A stretch of DNA of 64,000 nt from a virus. Positions 23,469-31,365 of the stretch are shown here, piece after piece. Location of the stretch: the IMG/VR virus record IMGVR_UViG_3300034175_000022. One strand, 5' to 3'. The translations under genes and the position numbers were made by a program. The number at the start of each line of letters is the position of its first letter. The first letter of the stretch is position 1. The notes beneath the pieces were generated by a model. It was not told where the DNA came from. It saw only the letters and a list, made by a program, of their open reading frames with translations, and ran no database searches.

Positions 23469-23704
23469 GCAAGCACAGCCAGAAGTCCGAGCCGAAGTAC
23501 ATGGTGTGCTCGGAGTGTGTTCGTGACTGCTGCGAGCTGTGTGTCAACGTCTCGCTCATCCTGCTGGGTCGCAACGAGATCTGCGAGTGCAAGAAGCAGG
23601 GTCACAACGGAGAGCCTCGCGACCAGCAGGTGCTCGACCCCGAGACGGGCGCAGTCCACGCGCCAGGCCTGACCATCACCGAGGAAGGGGAGGTGCAGCG
23701 ATGA
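23465..23704 (+). CDS. Hypothetical Cys-rich protein
   Basis: ATGA coupling, in frame with ORF 23459... Confidence 0.55.
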   Translation: MSKHSQKSEPKYMVCSECVRDCCELCVNVSLILLGRNEICECKKQGHNGEPRDQQVLDPETGAVHAPGLTITEEGEVQR

Positions 23705-23892
23705 AGATGAAGGTCAAGTGGAGTCGAGTGCTCAGGCGCTGGTTCATTTGCTGCCCGTTCGATTCTCACTTCCACTGTCGTGTTCTTGCGGTGTCGCTGT
23801 TCGTCTCCCTGTCGAGGGCGATGGACTCGGCCAGCAACCACAGCAGACTTCAGCACTCCAACGAGCAGGAGAGGTACGTGAGGGCGGTATGA
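23701..23892 (+). CDS. Hypothetical small protein
   Basis: ATGA coupling. Weak composition. Confidence 0.35.
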   Translation: MKMKVKWSRVLRRWFICCPFDSHFHCRVLAVSLFVSLSRAMDSASNHSRLQHSNEQERYVRAV

Positions 23893-24239
23893 TCGAGATC
23901 ATCTGCAACTACACGGACCCGCCTCACGTCCACGAGTACCCCGACGACTGGATCTTCGGCGGCGCGGACGGTCTGCACCCCGGCGCAGACCCGAGGTTCA
24001 AGCCTTCATCGTACACCTACTACGACGACAAGATCATGCCGTGCTGGGTCACCAGCGCTCCACTGTGCGACGACCAGGCCTTGGACGAGTGTACCTGGAT
24101 CGCGTCGCTGGGCAAGTCTTTCACGCCAAAGTACATCAGCGTCCGCAGGCCGGACGGCACCGAAGAGATGCTCCTCTGGGAGTATGACAAGGTCAGCGAC
24201 ACGCTGACTCCGATGGAGGCACCGAATGGCAAGGTCTAG
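23889..24239 (+). CDS. Hypothetical protein
   Basis: ATGA coupling, in frame with ORF 23718... Confidence 0.65.
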   Translation: MIEIICNYTDPPHVHEYPDDWIFGGADGLHPGADPRFKPSSYTYYDDKIMPCWVTSAPLCDDQALDECTWIASLGKSFTPKYISVRRPDGTEEMLLWEYDKVSDTLTPMEAPNGKV

Positions 24240-24495
24240 GATCACGCGGCCCGAAGGATCGCTCGCTCGCGAGAACATCCCGAAGGCCCTCCCGCGTGCT
24301 GACGGCGAGCTGTACGACCGGCCCGAGCCGGACCCCTTCACGCAGTCCTGGAACAACGGATACGACGACGCAGTCAACAGCTGGGCGAGCACTCCGACCG
24401 GCGACAAGCGCAACCAGGAGCGGTACCTGGACGGATACCAGGCTGGACTAGAGCAGAGGAAGGAGCTCGATGACACCGCAAGTAGCAACACGTAA
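24226..24495 (+). CDS. Hypothetical protein
   Basis: ORF track. Confidence 0.6.
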   Translation: MARSRITRPEGSLARENIPKALPRADGELYDRPEPDPFTQSWNNGYDDAVNSWASTPTGDKRNQERYLDGYQAGLEQRKELDDTASSNT

Positions 24496-25906
24496 GTCGC
24501 TCGAGCCCTGGATTCTCGACAGCGTCCAGTACTACGCCCACCAGATCGAGGGCATCCGCAACCTGGCCAAGATGAAGTCCTTCATCTTGGCCGACGACAT
24601 GGGCCTCGGTAAGTCACTGCAGGCGCTCACGGTGTTCGGCATCGACGTGGTGCGCGGCTGGGGCGAAACTGCGATCGTCGTCTGCCCGGTGAGTCTCAAG
24701 GCCAACTGGCAGGACGAGATCGAGAAGTTTACCCGCTTCCCCTGTGTACTCCTGGAGGGGTCACCGGCAGTTCGGCTCAAGCAGCTCGCGGAGTTCGCGG
24801 CCCTCGACGGGCCAAAGATTCTGATCGTCAACTACGAGCAGGTTGTCGCTCACCTCAAGGTGCTCAACGAGTTCAACTTCCATGTCGCCATCTTCGACGA
24901 GTGCCACTACCTGAAGAACCCCAAGAGCAACAGGACGAAGGCATCGCTTTCGCTCAAGTCCTACCGCTCCTTCCTGCTCTCGGGTACGCCGATGCTCAAC
25001 CACGTCAACGAGCTCTGGTCGCCGCTACATAAGGTGGACCCCGGTGCTTACCCGAAGTACTGGACCTTCGTTTCTCGCTACGTTGTCTTCGGCGGCTACA
25101 AGGACAAGCAGGTAGTCGGCGCAAAGAACACCGTCGAGTTGACCGAGCGCCTCAAGAGTGTCATGCTGCGTCGCCTCAAGAAGGACGTGCTCGACCTGCC
25201 GGAGGTGCAGATCATCCAGCGCCGGGTCAACCTCACCTCCGAGCAGCGGAAGCTGTACGACGAGGTGAAGGACGAGATGCGTCTGGCCACGCTGGACGGT
25301 CCCGAGGACATCGACAACGCACTCACCAAGTTCTTGCGGCTCAAGCAGATCTGCGGGACCACCTTGCCTTTCACGGGGGTAGATGTGAGCTCGAAGCTTG
25401 ACCTCGCCGTCGAGGATGACCTGGAGATCGTCTCTAACGGTCACCGGGTCGTGGTGTTCACGCAGTTCCGCTCAGTGCTGCAGGCTCACGCTGACCGCCT
25501 CGAGAAGCAAGGCGTGCCCGTCTGGCGCCTGCATGGTGACGTGAAGATGAACGAGCGTCAGCCGATGGTCAAGGAGTGGGGCATGTCCGAGAGCCCCGGC
25601 GTCATCGTCTGCATGCTGCAGGTGGCTGGTGTCGGACTGAATATGGTGCAGGCTCGTCACGGTTCTTTCCTCGACAAGCTGTTCGTGCCAGGCCTCAACC
25701 GTCAGGCCATCGACCGGCTGCACCGCATCGGCCAGAACGTCACTCAGCCTGTGCAGATTCGCGAGTACATCGCAAAGAACACGATCGAGAATCGTGTCGA
25801 GGAGATCCTCCGAACGAAGCGAAAGCTGTCGGATGACATCGTCGACACCGACCCCAACTTCACGGCGAAGCTGTTGAAGCACCTCATGGAGGACGAAGAT
25901 GGGTAG
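24470..25906 (+). CDS. SNF2-family helicase/translocase
   Basis: Motif I ADDMGLGKS, motif II DECH, and a C-terminal helicase lobe (QAIDRLHRIGQ). Confidence 0.92.
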   Translation: MTPQVATRKSLEPWILDSVQYYAHQIEGIRNLAKMKSFILADDMGLGKSLQALTVFGIDVVRGWGETAIVVCPVSLKANWQDEIEKFTRFPCVLLEGSPAVRLKQLAEFAALDGPKILIVNYEQVVAHLKVLNEFNFHVAIFDECHYLKNPKSNRTKASLSLKSYRSFLLSGTPMLNHVNELWSPLHKVDPGAYPKYWTFVSRYVVFGGYKDKQVVGAKNTVELTERLKSVMLRRLKKDVLDLPEVQIIQRRVNLTSEQRKLYDEVKDEMRLATLDGPEDIDNALTKFLRLKQICGTTLPFTGVDVSSKLDLAVEDDLEIVSNGHRVVVFTQFRSVLQAHADRLEKQGVPVWRLHGDVKMNERQPMVKEWGMSESPGVIVCMLQVAGVGLNMVQARHGSFLDKLFVPGLNRQAIDRLHRIGQNVTQPVQIREYIAKNTIENRVEEILRTKRKLSDDIVDTDPNFTAKLLKHLMEDEDG

Positions 25907-26048
25907 CGGTCCTCTTGAGCCATCCGCGGATATGCGGCTCCTAGCGAACACACTTCGCCAGATGTATGTGGCGCTCACTCTCGAAGGATTCACCGCTAAC
26001 GAAGCTCTGGTCATCATCGGTCACGCGATTACTGGGCAGGCGAAATGA
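25899..26048 (+). CDS. 49-aa hypothetical protein
   Basis: ATG overlaps the end of the helicase gene. Too short for the ORF track. Confidence 0.35.
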   Translation: MGSGPLEPSADMRLLANTLRQMYVALTLEGFTANEALVIIGHAITGQAK

Positions 26049-26072
26049 ACGACAAGAAGGAGGACAACGAAG

Positions 26073-26279
26073 ATGAGTGAGCCCTCGACCGGCGTGAGTC
26101 TGGACGATCCGTTCGTCTCAGTCGGCAACGTCGCTCTAATGTTCGATGTGACCCAGGCGACCGTTCGCCAGTGGATCAAGCAAGACCTCTTCAAGGCCGT
26201 GAAGATCAACGGCTCATGGAGGGTCCGTCAGTCGGAGCTCAATCGCTTCGCAGAGCAAAAGTTCGGAGACAACGCATGA
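26073..26279 (+). CDS. Excisionase-family / MerR-like HTH DNA-binding protein
   Basis: VALMFDVTQATVRQWIKQDLFKAVKINGSWRVRQSEL is a typical excisionase-type wHTH. Confidence 0.75.
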   Translation: MSEPSTGVSLDDPFVSVGNVALMFDVTQATVRQWIKQDLFKAVKINGSWRVRQSELNRFAEQKFGDNA

Positions 26280-26842
26280 GCATTCCCGCGTCAGCCAAGA
26301 AGCGGCTCGTCTGGCTGGATATTGAGACGACCGGACTCAATGCCGACAAGGAGGTTATCCTCGAGATTGGCTTCAAGGTCACCGACCTGGAGTTCAAGAC
26401 GCTCGACCAGCACCAGGTTCTCATCTGGGACAAGGGCTACAACTTCGCACACGACAATGCTCCGAAGTTCGTTCAGAACATGCACACGGAGTCTGACCTC
26501 TGGACTCACGCCAAGGACTGGGGCGTGTCGCTCGAGAAGGCCGAGCATGACATCATGCACTTCCTCGAGAAGCAGTGCAAGCTCGGCCAAGGAGCCGACC
26601 CTCTGTGTGGAAGCAGTGTTCACTTCGACCGCAACTTTCTCGCGGCCTACATGCCCAAGGTGAACGACTACTTCCACTACCGCAACATCGACGTCTCAAC
26701 CTTCAAGGAGGTGGCGGCACGCTACGCTCCGACTCTCGAGAGCATGCTGACCTACCCCAGCCCGACCAAGGCTCACCGCGTTATGCCAGACATCGACGAC
26801 TCCATCGCGGAGTTCAAGTTCTACTCGGAGGTTCTGTTCTGA
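26276..26842 (+). CDS. orn: Oligoribonuclease (Orn-like DEDDh 3'-5' exonuclease)
   Basis: WLDIETTGL, CGSSVHFDRNFL, YFHYRNIDVST.KE and H..M.DI.DSIAE align along the whole length with E. coli Orn as recalled. Confidence 0.88.
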   Translation: MSIPASAKKRLVWLDIETTGLNADKEVILEIGFKVTDLEFKTLDQHQVLIWDKGYNFAHDNAPKFVQNMHTESDLWTHAKDWGVSLEKAEHDIMHFLEKQCKLGQGADPLCGSSVHFDRNFLAAYMPKVNDYFHYRNIDVSTFKEVAARYAPTLESMLTYPSPTKAHRVMPDIDDSIAEFKFYSEVLF

Positions 26843-27003
26843 TGCGTACGCCAGAGGTGAACAAGGGCGTCAAGGCTGGCACACACTGCAAGTACGACGG
26901 TAAGGTGATCGAGGTCATGGCCTTCAAGGGCACCGGCTTCTGCTCCGAGAACTGTCGCAAGGACTTCCACAAGGAGACGACGACGGGAGGTGCAAGGCAC
27001 TGA
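26842..27003 (+). CDS. 53-aa hypothetical protein
   Basis: ATG overlaps the upstream TGA; its stop overlaps the next ATG. Confidence 0.45.
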   Translation: MRTPEVNKGVKAGTHCKYDGKVIEVMAFKGTGFCSENCRKDFHKETTTGGARH

Positions 27004-28133
27004 TGACACGGGTAGTGTTCGAGACTGCCACCATCGCGGCAGTCATTCGTCAGGCTGGCAAGGTCGCACCCTCGAAGGGTGAGGCCTTCGACAAGGCTGC
27101 GGGCATCGTGATCGACGTTCCCGGCGCTCTGGACGAGTGGGAAATCACAGTGCGAGCGACCAACCTCGACGTGTACCGCATGGAGTGGACGAGCGCCCTC
27201 GAGATCTCCGGCGAGCACGCTACCTCGTGGCGGGTGCCGACACCGATCTTCGCCACCTTTATCAACGGACTGTCCATCGCTTCGGGCAGCAAGGTCATCA
27301 TGGAAGACAAGGTCGAGGGACCGGCGCGCATCCTTCACGTCAGCCAGGACAAGCGCCGCGCCCGCTTCAACCTCATGGACATGACTTACTACCCGGTGTG
27401 GGAGGTGTTCGATCCGGCCGACCTCACGTCGTCTCTAGACGTGGGCGGGCGCATCTCCCAGGTGGAATGGGCCGCAGCCAAGACGGGTGCGCCGTTGTCC
27501 GGCGTTCACTTCACCGGGGACGACGTGATGGCTACCGACCGCTACAGGCTCGCACACGCCCCGCTCTCCGTGCCGGGAGTGACCACGCCGGTGACGGTAC
27601 CGGCGGGCATCCTGGGGTCGCTGCTCAACCAGACGGGCGAGGTTTCCATCGGCCTCACCGAGAGCCAGATGCTCCTCATGCCCGACGAGCACACGCAGAT
27701 TCGGTGCGTGCTCTTCGGTGATCCGTACCCCGACCTGACGAAGATCCTCAGCAACAAGACGTACCCGAACGTGGTGAAGCTCAAGAAGACCCCGACGCTC
27801 GAGGTGATGAACGCGATCATGGCTTTCGGTGGAGCGGATCGGCTCCCCGTGATGGACATCCACTTCGGCAAGGAGGCGCTAGTCATCAAGGTCGAGGAGT
27901 CCGGCAGCGCGCTCGGTGCCGACGAGATCGCGGTGCCCGGCCAGTGCCAGCACGATAGGGTGCTCATCAAGTTCACGCCGAAGAACCTCATGGACGCGAT
28001 CCAGAACTCGCCCAACGAGACCTTCGACCTGCACTACAACCCCGAGAAGATCAAGGGCTTCATCTTGATCGACGGAGGCTCGGGATACACCTGCCGAGTC
28101 ATGCCCCGCAGTGACCCACCCAAGGAGGTCTGA
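27003..28133 (+). CDS. dnaN: DNA polymerase III beta sliding clamp-like protein
   Basis: 376 aa. Has ATDRYRLA (compare ATDGHRLA in DnaN) and a three-domain length. Confidence 0.8.
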   Translation: MTRVVFETATIAAVIRQAGKVAPSKGEAFDKAAGIVIDVPGALDEWEITVRATNLDVYRMEWTSALEISGEHATSWRVPTPIFATFINGLSIASGSKVIMEDKVEGPARILHVSQDKRRARFNLMDMTYYPVWEVFDPADLTSSLDVGGRISQVEWAAAKTGAPLSGVHFTGDDVMATDRYRLAHAPLSVPGVTTPVTVPAGILGSLLNQTGEVSIGLTESQMLLMPDEHTQIRCVLFGDPYPDLTKILSNKTYPNVVKLKKTPTLEVMNAIMAFGGADRLPVMDIHFGKEALVIKVEESGSALGADEIAVPGQCQHDRVLIKFTPKNLMDAIQNSPNETFDLHYNPEKIKGFILIDGGSGYTCRVMPRSDPPKEV

Positions 28134-28134
28134 G

Positions 28135-28638
28135 ATGAGCAACTGCCTGTGCCTGCATGACCGAGAGACGCACCGCTCGCTCCTACCGAACACTTCGTCG
28201 GCTTGCCCAATCTGTGGACCAGAAGTGTGCCCAGTCTACAAGGAGCTCGAGATCGACCGGAACACCCTGTTCCGCCTCAAGGTCAGCGGGATGCTCAACT
28301 ACGACCTGACCTACTACCTTTCGGGTCCGATGAGCGGCTACGCCTACTCGAACTACGAGGCCTTCCATCGTGCATCCATGCTGCTCCGCGAGGGTGGGCT
28401 CATCATCGAGTCGCCCGCGGAGAACGGACTGCCGCCCGCCGATGTCCTCAAGGAAGACCACTGGTCGTGGTACATGGCAGAAGCACTCAATCAGCTCCAG
28501 AAGTGCGACGGCATCATCCTCATGAAGGGGTGGCCTCAGAGTCAAGGCGCCAGAATAGAGCTGAGCTCGGCTCTAGGGATGGGCATGCCCGTGTACTTCC
28601 TCAACAGCACCATCCTCTACTCGATGAACAGGACCTGA
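28135..28638 (+). CDS. DUF4406 / nucleoside 2-deoxyribosyltransferase-like protein with an N-terminal Cys cluster
   Basis: YLSGPMSG...N...F ... SPA ... CDGIILMKGW..S.GA..E pattern. Confidence 0.75.
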   Translation: MSNCLCLHDRETHRSLLPNTSSACPICGPEVCPVYKELEIDRNTLFRLKVSGMLNYDLTYYLSGPMSGYAYSNYEAFHRASMLLREGGLIIESPAENGLPPADVLKEDHWSWYMAEALNQLQKCDGIILMKGWPQSQGARIELSSALGMGMPVYFLNSTILYSMNRT

Positions 28639-28639
28639 C

Positions 28640-28762
28640 ATGGACGAGAAGCTCGGCAAGTTCCTCGCGGCGATCATCGCCATCACGCTGGCGGGAGGAG
28701 CGTTCATCATACTGGTACTGCTGCTCGCTCTCGGGATCGACTACCTGCTCGAGCAGTTCTGA
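28640..28762 (+). CDS. 40-aa membrane protein
   Basis: Hydrophobic core FLAAIIAITLAGGAFIILVLLLALGI. Its stop overlaps the next ATG. Confidence 0.45.
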   Translation: MDEKLGKFLAAIIAITLAGGAFIILVLLLALGIDYLLEQF

Positions 28763-29055
28763 TGAGGACCGTCTGGCACTTTCAGCTGCCTCTATTCGGC
28801 GCGAACATCGAGATGCCGCTGGGCACTGAGATCGTTCACGTTGGCATCGGGCCCACAACCGACGAAGATCACGTAAGCATGTGGGGACTTGTGAACCCCT
28901 CAATGGTGCTCTTGCCAATCTCCTATGTAGTCATCGGGACCGGTCATCCGGTTACGGATTATCGCTGGAAGTACGTCGGTACTGCAGTCGATCCGGCTCG
29001 CCCTCTCGTCTGGCATGTCTTTGAGACGAATCCTTCTCGGAATGAGAGTCTCTGA
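28762..29055 (+). CDS. Hypothetical protein
   Basis: ORF track. ATGA-type coupling. Confidence 0.6.
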   Translation: MRTVWHFQLPLFGANIEMPLGTEIVHVGIGPTTDEDHVSMWGLVNPSMVLLPISYVVIGTGHPVTDYRWKYVGTAVDPARPLVWHVFETNPSRNESL

Positions 29056-29597
29056 TGGACACGCTCTACCTTCCGATCGACGTGAACCCTGAACCCTGGG
29101 CGATCGGACCTGTCGGGTACGCCAGGCGAGGCGGAAAGATGAGTGCCTACGTCGGCCAGAACAAGCAGCTCGATGCCTACAAGCAGGCTGTCGCGGAGTC
29201 CGCGAAGCCTCTTCTGCCTGCCGATCACATCTTGTGGAACTGTGACATGCAACTGGAGTTCTACTTCTGGCGGCAGCGTGCGGACTACAAGACTCCACAG
29301 GCGCGCACGGCTCGCAAGCACGAAGCCGACCTCACGAACATGGTGAAGGCGACCGAGGATGCACTGCAGGGCGTCGTCTACAAGAACGACCGAGACACGA
29401 AAAGCATTATTGCCCATCTAGTTGAGCAAGGCCCCGATGTTCAAGGAAGGATTCTCGTATGCGTCCGAAGGGAATACTCGGCAAGCTTGTTGACATCGCT
29501 GCCGATCGACGTACTCGCTCGTCTGGAGTCGTTCCGTACCGTGGCACCAGCGACACCCCAGGAGGCGAGGTACCAGGAGGCGCCGGATACCTTCTAG
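29055..29597 (+). CDS. rusA: RusA-family Holliday junction resolvase with a ~43-aa C-terminal extension
   Basis: DLTNMVKATEDALQGVVYKNDRD core motif. GC3 supports this frame up to the TAG at 29595. Confidence 0.85.
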   Translation: MDTLYLPIDVNPEPWAIGPVGYARRGGKMSAYVGQNKQLDAYKQAVAESAKPLLPADHILWNCDMQLEFYFWRQRADYKTPQARTARKHEADLTNMVKATEDALQGVVYKNDRDTKSIIAHLVEQGPDVQGRILVCVRREYSASLLTSLPIDVLARLESFRTVAPATPQEARYQEAPDTF

Positions 29598-29821
29598 GAG
29601 TCACCGTCCACAGCCCGAAGGGCGAACACTGCCAGGTCAACGTTACCTTCGATCGTCACATTGACGAGTCACTCGATTCCTATATCGCAGAGATCATGGT
29701 AGACTCTGGCGATAGTTACAAGCTCGTCACGCGCACGTTCTTCGCGCGGCGTAACGCGCCGCTCCATGAGATCGCAAGTCTTGCCCTACTGAGTGTCCCA
29801 GACGAGAAGGAGCCCGAGTGA
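29459..29821 (+). CDS. ORF of uncertain start. Only 29598-29821 looks coding, and that part has no start codon before the ATG at 29693.
   Basis: GC3 is about 52% in the part overlapping rusA and about 70% after the rusA stop. See finding 29055-29821. Confidence 0.3.
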   Translation: MRPKGILGKLVDIAADRRTRSSGVVPYRGTSDTPGGEVPGGAGYLLGVTVHSPKGEHCQVNVTFDRHIDESLDSYIAEIMVDSGDSYKLVTRTFFARRNAPLHEIASLALLSVPDEKEPE

Positions 29822-30543
29822 CCAAGCCCCTGTTTCAGCAGATCTGGCACGGTGACAGCATCGACCTGTGCGCGAGGTTCAAGCCAGGGTCCGTTGACTG
29901 CATCATCACCGACCCGCCCTTCGGAGTGGACAACCAGTCGAACATGGCGGTGACCACCTCCGGCAAGGATCACGCTCGCAAGATCGCCAACGACGAGAGC
30001 CCTGAGATCGCCATCGCCACCTTCAAGTCCGTGATGGACGTGCTGCTCCCCAAGACGGCAGACGTGTGCGACCTCTACATCTTCACGTCGTACCAGGTGC
30101 TCGAGGACTGGATGCTCATGACTCGTGACTTCCTGGCGCCGCATGGGTTCAAGCGCAAGGCGCTCATCACCTGGGCGAAGGACGGTCCTGGCATGGGTGA
30201 CCTGGAGTGCCCGTGGGGGATGGGCTGCGAGTTCGTGATGTTCTACCAGAAGGGTCGTCGGCCCAAGTCTGCCAAGCGTCGCAACAGCGTGATCCACACG
30301 CCCCAGCTACGACCGGGCGAGCTCATCCACCCTCATGAGAAGCCGCTCCCGCTGCTCGAGCAGTTCATCAAGACCTCCACCGAGGAGAACGACTTTCTCG
30401 TGGACCCGTTCGGTGGCAGCGGATCGCTCGCTCGCGCTGCGCGTAATGTCAACCGCAGCTGCGTGACAATCGAGTACGACGAGCGCAACTACAAGGAGTC
30501 TATTCGCAAGTTCGATGCAACCGACTCGGGCAGTATGTTCTAG
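29818..30543 (+). CDS. DNA methyltransferase (N6-adenine/N4-cytosine, beta class)
   Basis: IITDPPFG (motif IV) precedes DPFGGSGS (motif I). GTGA coupling. Confidence 0.9.
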   Translation: MTKPLFQQIWHGDSIDLCARFKPGSVDCIITDPPFGVDNQSNMAVTTSGKDHARKIANDESPEIAIATFKSVMDVLLPKTADVCDLYIFTSYQVLEDWMLMTRDFLAPHGFKRKALITWAKDGPGMGDLECPWGMGCEFVMFYQKGRRPKSAKRRNSVIHTPQLRPGELIHPHEKPLPLLEQFIKTSTEENDFLVDPFGGSGSLARAARNVNRSCVTIEYDERNYKESIRKFDATDSGSMF

Positions 30544-30584
30544 TGCTCCGATAGGAGGCTCCTACTAGCACCCTTGACGGATAT

Positions 30585-31166
30585 GTGCAATCATGCGGCT
30601 ACGCGCAGCGACCACAACCACTCAAGGGGAACCAGTCTTATGTCGTTGAATCCCGAGTTCGATCCACTCTCCGAAGAGCCCGAGATCATCGACGATGCCG
30701 TCGAGATCTTCCCTGTCACGATGTTCGGCATCGACAACAGCGACCTGGACTTCACGCCGCTGCCCGAGGTGGAGGCAGTCCCAAAAGACTTGTCTGCAGT
30801 GGCATCTGCAGACTCCTCGCTGAAAGACGACGTAAGCCCGGAGATTCCGGTGACGAGTATCCCGTCGGTAAGCCCGGAAACACTTGCGTCTGTGGCGAAG
30901 GACAGTGGGCCGGACAAGGCACCCGAGAGCTCGCCGCCAACTTTCTAGCTCCCGAGAACCTCGACTGGCAGCGCAAGGCCGCGTGTGGCAGGGGGGAAGA
31001 CCCTGACATCTTCTTCCCTGCGAAGAACGACATAGCCGCTGCGAATGCAGCCAAGGCAGTCTGTGCAAGCTGCATCGTACGTGCAGAGTGCAGAGACTGG
31101 AAGAAGGAGTCCAACAGCCGCGATGGCATCTGGGCAGGTGAACGAAGCGTCCGAGGAGAGAAGTAA
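30585..31166 (+). CDS. whiB: WhiB-family domain (domain about 30951-31166). The only in-frame start is GTG 30585, and the stretch 30585-30948 is non-coding-like in this frame.
   Basis: WQRKAACGRGEDPDIFFP...AKAVCASCIVRAEC...GIWAG is a classic WhiB 4-Cys pattern. Confidence 0.7.
   Translation: MQSCGYAQRPQPLKGNQSYVVESRVRSTLRRARDHRRCRRDLPCHDVRHRQQRPGLHAAARGGGSPKRLVCSGICRLLAERRRKPGDSGDEYPVGKPGNTCVCGEGQWAGQGTRELAANFLAPENLDWQRKAACGRGEDPDIFFPAKNDIAAANAAKAVCASCIVRAECRDWKKESNSRDGIWAGERSVRGEK
30640..30948 (+). CDS. Acidic 102-aa protein (possible ATG at 30583 instead); may be the N-terminal part of a frameshifted WhiB fusion
   Basis: GC3 about 74% in this frame. Ends ...SSPPTF-TAG. Confidence 0.55.
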   Translation: MSLNPEFDPLSEEPEIIDDAVEIFPVTMFGIDNSDLDFTPLPEVEAVPKDLSAVASADSSLKDDVSPEIPVTSIPSVSPETLASVAKDSGPDKAPESSPPTF

Positions 31167-31167
31167 C

Positions 31168-31365
31168 ATGCCTGAAGTAAGTAACGAACTCGCGGATGCT
31201 CTTCGCCGCATCGAGAACGCACTCTCCCTGCACACCCCCGTTGACCTTGGCGTCGACGAGGACGGTGAGCCGAGACTCGTTTGCAACACCTGCGAGTGTG
31301 CCGCCCCTTGTCCAACGGCTCGAGCACTGGACGAGACCAGAACCTTCGAGGACGGAAGCCGATGA
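31168..31365 (+). CDS. Hypothetical 65-aa protein
   Basis: ATG 1 nt after the whiB stop, in frame with ORF 31045... Confidence 0.6.
   Translation: MPEVSNELADALRRIENALSLHTPVDLGVDEDGEPRLVCNTCECAAPCPTARALDETRTFEDGSR

Noticed and set aside
30544-30585. -1 continuation after the methyltransferase TTC-TAG stop, as a third frameshift site
   Set aside because: The -1 frame hits a TAG at 30552-30554 after four codons, so nothing continues there.
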